A DNA stretch of 62,230 nt, the filler included, from Choristocarpus tenellus KU-1152 (taxonomy: Eukaryota; Protista; Phaeophyceae), in the NCBI GenBank assembly GCA_964200185.2. It is 7 parts of 7 records of this genome, joined end to end, with 100 filler letters (N's around TTAATTAATTAA, not from the genome) between each part and the next. Parts side by side here need not be neighbours in the genome. Positions count along the whole stretch, not along the records: positions 49,938 to 54,729 come from CAXNAD020013043.1; positions 54,830 to 62,230 come from CAXNAD020006212.1; 5 more parts are not named here. The stretch is one strand, 5' to 3'. The notes beneath the pieces are model-generated. The model ran no database searches. It was not told the DNA's origin and saw nothing but the letters and a program-made list of their open reading frames with translations. The position numbers and the translations under genes were made by a program. Of the stretch, positions 53,858 through 62,230 are shown piece after piece. The first letter of the stretch is position 1. Every line of letters begins with the position of its first letter.

Positions 53858-54412
53858 ATGCTGGACTGTTTGGATGACGACTATCAAACCACTAAGTATT
53901 ATCTACAACATCATAATAGGAGTGAACGTACGAGGTCGTCGATTCAAAACGCCGCTCGCTTGAGATATTTCTCGCTCCAACGGGAACTAACTGATCGCGG
54001 CGAGCCAGGGAGCGCTCTTGCTGCTGGAACCATAAACTCAATGAAGAGCTTCCAGATGGACAACCGACGAGGCGACCTGAGTAGGACTGGTCACCGTATG
54101 CAGCCCCTATTTCGACAGGATCCTGTGCCAGAGGTCAGACTAAGGCACCTGGAGCCCCTCGGTGAGCATTCCATAGGTGGTTCAGAAGGTGGATGTAAAA
54201 CTTCTTGTGTGGATGGTACGTGCAATATATGCGACTGGACCAACCACCCCATGTGGAAGTGCCCTTGTATGATCAACGCCCACAGTACCACGGTAACATA
54301 GAATGAGTTTGTCTACGCATACACCCCGATTGTAGAGGGAGACCTAGAAGCAAAGACCTCCAATGAGACCAAGGTGCGTGTGAGGCGTGGCTATGTAAGG
54401 GAAACCCAATAG
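53858..54412 (+). mobile_element. Gag-like remnant with CCHC zinc knuckle
   Basis: CNICDWTNHPMWKC fits C-x2-C-x4-H-x4-C. The frame continues past the TAG at 54299-54301. Confidence 0.55.
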
Positions 54413-54487
54413 CAACATATGTCAAGTAACATTCATACTCTCCCCATTATTGCGTAATATCAGATAGGTTACTTTATCACAGATATA

Positions 54488-54729
54488 GAGTGAAAGTATC
54501 TTAGAGGGTACGAGTTTTTCCCTATTTGTCCATTTGGGGCTTGGCTTCCCACATGTTTTATAATGACATTTTACCTACTCCAAAATGTTTCGGAGTAGGT
54601 AAAATGTGTAAGTTATGAAAAGGTGTGTCCGGAACAAGGATATTGACATCTGATTCAAAGTATTTTAGAGGGTAGAGCCGCGTCCATTTGGGGGCCAAAA
54701 TCCAAGGATGCAATTTTGATGTAATTTTG
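54488..54729. mobile_element. Two MITE family 1 halves: 54488-54651 and an opposite-end copy 54652-54729 (nested or rearranged), cut by contig end
   Basis: GAGTGAAAGTATCTTAGAGGGTACG..., then GATTCAAAGTATTTTAGAGGGTAGAGCCGCGTCCATTTGGGGG, matching the 25184 end. Confidence 0.88.
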
Positions 54730-54829
54730 NNNNNNNNNNNNNNNNNNNNNNNNNNNNNNNNNNNNNNNNNNNNTTAATTAATTAANNNNNNNNNNNNNNN
54801 NNNNNNNNNNNNNNNNNNNNNNNNNNNNN
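54730..54829. other. Artificial contig linker
   Basis: N44-TTAATTAATTAA-N44. Confidence 0.99.
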
Positions 54830-54999
54830 AATGGGCTTCAAATAGACCTTCCCCCCCCCCCCCCCCCCCCCCCCCAGATACTCTGACCCTATTTACGACA
54901 ATATTTGAAGGTGAGAAATCGAGTTTTCACGTTCAAATCAAAAGGATTAGACAGCATACAGGTTCCTCAGAATGGAAGTGGACAATCCTCTCCTGACAA

Positions 55000-55800
55000 A
55001 AGCAGGATATTAAACCTTTTGCTTTCAGGGACACAAGGTAATAATTTATGGTAATAATCCACCCACAAAGATAATCACTGAGCCAATTCCTTAAAAACCC
55101 TCCGTCTCAGTCCAGTTCCTCTTGTCACGCAAAATCTCACAACCCATATAGTACTCAAGTTCAGAAAAATCTTCTATAGAAAACTGCTTCTTGGTCCTGG
55201 AGCGAGCCCAAATCAAAACACCAGGTATTCCTACCATCATAAGATCATCAACGTGAGGGACTATTACAGCATAAACGATCTCATTTCTTACATAGCGCAA
55301 CACAGAGGGACCTGCTTTCCATTGCTCAAAACCACATTGTTCCAAAATGATTAAACTCTTTGTTAGCTTGTTTGATGACATAAAGAGCTATCACTAAACA
55401 CACAATCTTTCCTGACCATGTACCACATCCATCACATAAACGAACAAAAATCTCTTCACTAATTTCAGCTAATATAAAAGCCTGCTTAACATCCCAATGC
55501 TTCAATTCCCAATCTTTGTCTGCAGCTAGTGCTAAAACCATTCTCAAAGATGCAAGTGACGGTATCCTGGTTATCTAAACCCTCAATCTGTCGAAACCCT
55601 TTGCTACCAAACATGCCTTGTATCTGACTACCTCACCAAATATATTGGTCTGATATTTGTGAATCCATTTTGTGTCTAGGGCTCTGCGTCCAGGGGGTAA
55701 TACGGCCTCCACCCAAACATTATTCAACAACAAACCAGACATCTCTTTTGCTCCAGCTCTATCCCACAAATCACATTCAGAACAGCTATGTACTGTTCTT
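55000..55800 (-). mobile_element. Ty1/Copia reverse transcriptase pseudogene (decayed element probably extends towards ~56.8 kb)
   Basis: LPPGRRALDTKWIHKY...VVRYKACLVAKGF; LRMVLALAA..DWELKHWDVKQAF..AEISEEIFV; HVDDLMMVG; LEYYMGCEI. These are RVT_2 motifs broken by frameshifts. Confidence 0.9.
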
Positions 55801-57952
55801 AGTCTTGGGTTCTGGAGCGAGCTCATCCCCCAACACTCTAATAGAATCATCACCCCCCCACACACAAGGGTAGTCTCAAACTGATGAAGACAGACCAACA
55901 AAAAAAAAGTTGAAAGCATCATAAAAACAGCAGCTCTGAAAAATATATTTTGATGGTTACAAGATATGGTGCGATGAGAAAGGATGTTGTCGTGACCATT
56001 GCCAGTCATGAGACATCAAAGTTCCCTGTCGCTCGGTTGTCACTCTGCTTTGTCTCATCTTCCCCTTCGCCATTGATGTGATCCTCATCCCATCCACAGT
56101 TTCACCAGCATCGAACTATTGCATCTCCAGATTCATCGCCATCACCTAATCCTCCTTCAACGAAGGAAATTCCATCGTCATCTGCTGCAATATACCTTCA
56201 TGCAGGAAAGGGTGTTCACCATAAGCTGCTGGTGGGTTGTGTGAGGAACATACACTGGTTTATTAATTTCCCGCCAACCTTGTGTCTTGGTCATCCATTA
56301 TCACTGATATAAGACCAAAGACTGACTCATCTTACCGTTACATACGTTACTATTTGCATCGCACCAAGCTACAGAAAAATGTACATGAAACGGTGTTATA
56401 TTCTTGTATCAGTACACACAACCGAAGTATAACACTAGTTATTCGACGTAACATTCGTATATCACAGGTGTTGGATGGAACCATTCTTGCTGTACATGTG
56501 GATGGTGTCCTAGGGACAACATTGATGGCAACATATTTCTTAATGCTGATGATGGCTTCATGAAGCTTTTGCACAAGGTAACATACAGCCTGTGTGAACA
56601 GTGACTGTGAGAATGTGCCAGTGCCAGCTACATTGTAAGGCAAAAAGGAAGTTACGATGAAGGAACTTCCCATCATGTACACCACATATGGTAATGCTTG
56701 AGTTGTATGTAAGCAAAACATAACTGTGTACACTTCAAGCACGGCAAAATGCACGTTGATTAATGGAGTTGTTAGAACACAGCAGGGCATTTTTTGTTCA
56801 AAATGACCCCACAACAGAGCTCTTTTTCAAGTCACAATCAACTCTTCAAATTTTGCTCCCTCAAATCAAGATTGGGTGAATAGCGAACTGGAGGTGATGG
56901 AACCATCCAGTACTACAGAAAAAACGAAGCAACATGGAAATCAGGCAATCCATATGCAATCAGGTGATGCCAAGTCACAGTCCACCCAAGCTCCATTTAT
57001 GTACCGAGTCTATCCCCTCAAGGCCATCACCGGCAAAGTAGCGAGTGTGCAACATAACAGCGTGATGGCACTAGCTTGATTTCCGTATACATAACTGTAT
57101 ACATCCTACAGTTCCACATAAAAGGATATGTGACTGGGACCTCTTCATGGCACTAGCTTGATTTCTTTTCTCCCCCTAAGTTTCAAGGAAAGGAGAGCTA
57201 GACAAAGGTTACTCCAATGGAATCGTTCTCACAAGTTTCACCTCTTACATTATCTTTGTCTTCTATTTCTAATCACATTTCTGATGTGCGCTGAATTGTT
57301 CGTTGCTATATGTCACATCACGACCATAATTGGCCAAGAAATAGTTGACACATTAACAACCAAAAAGTCGGCAAGGACCAGTCAGGCTTCTGACAATTTT
57401 CAAAATTGAACAAAATAATCACCACTGTAGTGAGGATGAACAAGGAAAAAAAACTTCTCTTCCAAATTTGTGGCATCATCACTGGAGTTCCTAGGGAACT
57501 ACTGCAGCGCTTGACCTTGTGACAAAAATATCCACCAAAACAGACACCAATCCCTGCGGTGAGGATCAGATCTCAGAGTATCACTCAATGTAATTGCAAC
57601 CATTTTGCTCTTGACTTGTGTACTACTGCCTCTCCAGTCACCTTTCGCAGGTTGGGATTATCGCAGTCAATGCTCACAGCAGACAGCAGTAAAATCTAAG
57701 CAAACAGGGATTTCGCTCTCAGTCCTTCCCTGAGGTGTGCCCTGAAGCATGAGAACAGACCCATGCATACACAAACATATTACAAGAATAAAATTACCCT
57801 GAGCAAGTGCTTCCACAGGTGCTAACAATTGCTGCCAACACCCTGTAGCAAAGAAACGTTCACAAGACAAATTTCCATCACAGAAGCACCAGTAGGGGTT
57901 GGATGGAAGACATGCACATTGTGTTGACAGTCCACAGTGGTCTAGTAACTGC

Positions 57953-59144
57953 CTTAGGCTTTCAGAGCCTTGAGCGCTTCAGCAGAGTGAGAAGCACCAT
58001 CCAAAAGGTTATCGTACACCTTGATCACTGTACCACTCTTGTCCAGCACGTAAGTGACACGCCCATCAATGGCGCCAAACATGGCTCCCTTCACCTTCCA
58101 CTCCTTACGAACCTAAAGGGCACGGCAAGGAAGTTGCAGTGGGGTGGAGAAAGGGGCAACATGACAGAGGGATTAAAGTAATGCCTCTGCTTAAATGTTT
58201 AGGGTTGGCGTAGGGTTCACTTGCAGGCAAAATGGATAGAATTTCGGAGCATGGGCAAGATAACATGGGCAGCAGGGCGGGGTGAGGTGAACGGTACAAA
58301 AAACTCCCATGGGAGAGCAAAAATGCCAGGCGGAAACCAGACCAAGACATATCATCACCTTGCCGCCAACATCTGACAGTAGAGTAAGAGATTGCAGGCT
58401 CTGGTCCGCGACGAAGGCGCTGTGATCTTCATCACTCGAGATGCCGATGACTTTGGCCCCGAGTCTTTTGAACTCCGCCAGGTTATCCCTGAAGGTGCAA
58501 GCCTCCTTGGTGCAGCCGGGGGTGTTGTCCTTGGGATAAAAGAAGATCTTTTGGTGTAGAGGAAACGGGTGGGCGGCGAAACGTACATGCAGATGCATGT
58601 CGACGATGGATGGCGTTAACAGTCAAGTAATCGGGAGCAACGACACGAGGATCACAGATTGCGGTCACCATGGTCCTCTGCCTATTCTGAGCTGCACTTT
58701 GCAATACGACACCTAGGGGAAAAATCTGTAGAAGCTGTAACTCACCACTACATTCGACTTATTTTTGAAGCTGCTCAGCTTTACCGCTTTTCCACTCTGG
58801 TCCAAAAGCGAAAAATCTGGTCCAACCTCTCCTACTGACACCATCCGAAGGACAGAGGTCGTCACACCCTGGTTTACGAGAGCAGAGAAAGTGGATCAGA
58901 ACAGACTCTCTTGCAGGATAAAGCACAGATAGGGAAAAAAACATTATTAGAGCACCATATCTGTTGTGCCTGCAATACTATAACCACCAAGCATTATCTA
59001 TAGGAGCTAACAACTAGAACTCCCTTCAACACCCCACACCTTGAACTGCACAGCGCGACCAACAGGCGCCACAAAGGCAGAAGCTGTCTGGAAAGATGCA
59101 AAGGGGATCATCAATCCCGCTGCAAGAAATTTCATACCATACAT
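57953..59144 (-). CDS. PRXQ: Plastid peroxiredoxin Q (BCP/PrxQ), exons ~59144-59040, 58868-58747, 58547-58359, 58112-57953
   Basis: Signal peptide ending TASA-FVAP (ASAFAP type); VGEVGPDFSLLDQSGKAVKLSSFK; FFYPKDNTPGCTKEACTFRD (CxxxxC); GRVTYVLDKSG...ALKA*. Confidence 0.95.
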
Positions 59145-59393
59145 GACTACAGTTGGTTGCTGGTGTTAGACGTGGAGATAATGACGGGTTGTATTGTGGT
59201 GTGTACCACACACAAAAGTTTGAGTTGGAGTGAGGAGAAAGATAAAGAGATGAGTCATCCGTTCATGAATACGGAAACGTATGCTGAATCATGGAGAAAC
59301 ATGAACAAACACAAGACAACAATAAAGGATCACAGTAGTGGTGGTAGAGTGCAGATTGGCCGAGTCTACTACCCGCCTACTTGTGATCAACCC

Positions 59394-62029
59394 ATGGTTC
59401 GTATTCAAGCACTCGTATTGGCGGTTGTGACTGTCCTGCCTTTTGTCGCCAATGGGTTTGTGACATCGAACAATGTGATGCACCGAGTTGCACAGGTGAA
59501 CGTGCGTGCAAGATTTGGGCATCGACCAAAGGCGTCTCTTGTCCATGCCCCTCTCTGTTGGTCGATATGAATGTCGCGATCCAAGCCAAGCAAGTTGATA
59601 CGGTGATATTCATATTTCTGATGTGACAGATCAAGAGTAGAAGATCTCTTTTTTGCTTGTCTTGCAATTTTTCTCGGGGATTCAATGCCCCCTTTTGCAT
59701 AGCCCCAAGGATCAAATGCAGTGGGAGATAGCTCTCTGCGGCACGATTATCATTCTCACTTACTCCCTTGTATGATTCTGTGTCATAGGTCTGCCATGAT
59801 TCACCGTGAAACTATATCTTTATCAGTAGTCGCCGATACCACCTCCAATCGCTCCCCACTTGGCAAATTTGTCGACGATTGCCTCGACCACACAATTGCT
59901 TAATATTAACAATAATAACTGGTGTTAAATGCGTTAACGCACACCTCACCTCCTTGCTCTTCACCGATTCGCCATCAAACAGCGGGGAGGAATTGTGATG
60001 GTGGCGGAGTCAATAGGTAGTGGGCCTTCTTCCAGGGGAAACTTCTTGACACAGGCTGCGAAGTTGGCAGTTGCAGGAGCTGTGGTGGCGCCATCTTATG
60101 CTGATGACGAGGTTGGAAGTAGAGTGTAGCTCGAAGACTGTTCACTATTGCATACTCTCTGAACTCAAATTGCTTCCACCGATGGGCTATTTCTGTCTAG
60201 AGCTCTATTCTGCTTGATTGTATATTGCTGCAACGGTCGTTCATTGATATAGTGAGTTCATGCTTGTGGGTCTAATGAGATATAAAACTCATTACCGAGA
60301 CGGAGCAGCTGCAGCTGAAGATTCTTTTACTCGATTCACAAGTTGTATCTGGGATAAGAAACTCTATGGTGTCGATCTGCACCATATAATGGAAGCAAGG
60401 AGCACTGCAAGCGTTTATTTTCATCCACGGGGGGGTGGTCATCTCCATTTATCATGATCATAACAAAGAATCGAGTGAAAGTTGGTGACTCGCTGCGTTC
60501 AACAGTATCTTCTAGCGTTAACACATCTTCATTAGGTTCATTTGAAGTTCCACAAAAATGGGACAAAAAAGTTATTTTGTAAAGAAGCGCCCAAGTTTTG
60601 CGATCATGTACAAATCTTCAGGCTCAACGTATTTTCCGACCATTTTTTCAATATGCTCATCCACTTAATCCCTACCACCAGCAACACTAATTCCCCCACG
60701 ATACTCATGTTGAAAAGCACAACGCACGCTAGCTGTTATTGAGAGGCGAAGTGCAGACAATGTTACTGGCTCCTCCCCTCAATAGAACTCCCGTAGACAC
60801 TCGTTCCAGTATCCATTTGATGGTATTTCAGATATTTTATGATCCCCCCCCTACTCCTTCAGGGATAGTTGTAGGGTCATCGTTTTGTTGGCGATACATT
60901 GTCATTTACAGCAGGAGGTTTTATCACACACCGTCTGCAAGACACATGATAGCACTATACTGATTGATCTGCAGACCCCCTCTTATTAGGTAAAGAGGTA
61001 ACTCCGATTTGTTGGGTAAAGCAACAGCCGAACGCATTTTGGAACCCTGTTTACATGTCTCGTCCCCTTCTGCGTGAAAAGGTATTGGATTGAAAGACGC
61101 ATTGATTGAAGAGATATCATGCTATTAACGAGGGGAAACGAAAATATTATTTTTCTCCAACACTCAAATCACAGGAGGTGGCTGATGTTGCTTACACACC
61201 TACCAAGCTTGGGGGACAGCTGGAGCCAGTTGCAGACATAAGCAAGGGCTTCAAGATCTCCAAGCCTCTGGGGTGGAACAAGTTTGATGGCGTGCCGGGG
61301 GAGTATGTTATCAAGATGGTAGACCTGGTAGACGTTACCCAGGTTATTCTCCTGACAACCTCACCTGTGAAGTCTGACACAAAGGTAGGTGTGAGCATAG
61401 AAACGTGGGATCATTTGTAGAGCTGGAGAGGTATTCAAACCTGAAGACAGTTCACTATTGAGGATTGTCAATTTGTCTCACCCACTTTCCAACTATCTGG
61501 TAAGGAATGTGCAGTCAAAAGAGCACTTTGGCACGATCTAGTGGAGGTTACATCTCTAAGGATACAGTATTCATTTGGCTGCTTAGATTGTATTGACATC
61601 CACTACGCATCTTTCTGGGACAAACACTCCCTTCGCTGCTTTGGATGATAGTGTCTCCTACAGAGGGAGGGAGGAGAGGAGAGAGTGCGACCAGTTGTCT
61701 CTTGGCACATCTTTTCGATAGTACAAGGAATTGAATCCTTCTTGGGGATAGGTTTGGCCCAATGTCGTGCACATGATGCTACGGATTATAAACTTGAAGA
61801 AGACAGAGAGGAGGGGATTCTGCACTATCGATTACACTACTCTCAACGCCTGACCTGTCCTGTCTTGGTGTGTTTCTGTGCCTCTTTTCATTTGTATATG
61901 GAATATTTTCTTCTTTTGCAGCTGTTGGCACTGGGTTCATTGGATAGTGTAGGGGAAAAGCTTAGCAAGGGCCGAGAAATGGAGGTGGTGTACTCAAGAT
62001 TGCGCTCAACAGAGGGTATCACCTTCATG
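59394..62029 (+). CDS. PsbP-domain thylakoid lumen protein, exons 59394-59495, 59983-60111, 61175-61384, 61922-62029; 3' part outside the window
   Basis: Signal peptide (ANG-FV), then a lumen-transfer-like SSRGNFLTQAAKLAVAGAVVAPSYA, then DISKGFKISKPLGWNK and LGSLDSVGEKL, which resemble PsbP motifs (DxxxGFxxxxPxxW, LGSxxxVxxxL). Confidence 0.72.
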
Positions 62030-62230
62030 GTGAGTTTTTAATTGCCATGTGCACGTTTGTATCAATAATACTTCTGACCCAGAGCATTTCCCATTTCCCA
62101 TTCTTCCTTGCTGTTAGAGCTGTGACTATTGGCAGGTGAACTAGACAGTTCACCTCCCCCCCACCACCCCCCCCCCCCCCCCCCCCACCCCCCCCACCCC
62201 CCCTCCCCCCACCCGCACCCCACCACCCCC

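Noticed and set aside
55881-55920. Hammerhead ribozyme core (CTGATGA...GAAA)
   Set aside because: Stem II does not start directly after CTGATGA and stems I and III cannot be formed. It lies in Copia-derived sequence.

Overview
This is not one contiguous locus. It is seven eukaryotic contigs joined by artificial 100-bp linkers (N44-TTAATTAATTAA-N44) at 24114-24213, 27296-27395, 37868-37967, 41612-41711, 49838-49937 and 54730-54829. The source looks like an intron-rich photosynthetic stramenopile, brown-alga-like (inferred from GT-AG introns, ASAFAP-type bipartite plastid presequences and TTAGGG repeats). Recognisable spliced genes: the 3' end of a nitroreductase, a TOM1/THH1-like membrane protein, a ~15-kb mRNA cap guanine-N7 methyltransferase, IFT70/TTC30 (5' part), internal CLU/clueless exons, PRMT1 (5' part), VMA21, peroxiredoxin Q and a PsbP-domain protein. 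The rest is transposon debris: a decayed spliced DUF7869/Sola-like transposase, two related MITE families, SINE-like elements, and Copia, Gypsy, LINE and gag remnants. The most notable unexplained signals are four. (1) Short telomere-repeat tracts recur inside ordinary DNA, two with readable insertion junctions (one in-phase insertion into a MITE end, one with a 9-bp target duplication). (2) An array of about nine regularly spaced, sequence-diverged but structure-conserved hairpins lies at 40.2-40.95 kb. (3) Gene bodies are CpG-depleted while bidirectional promoters are CpG-rich. (4) The cap methyltransferase has a Ser-Pro repeat tail. All exon coordinates were read by hand, and no database search was run.
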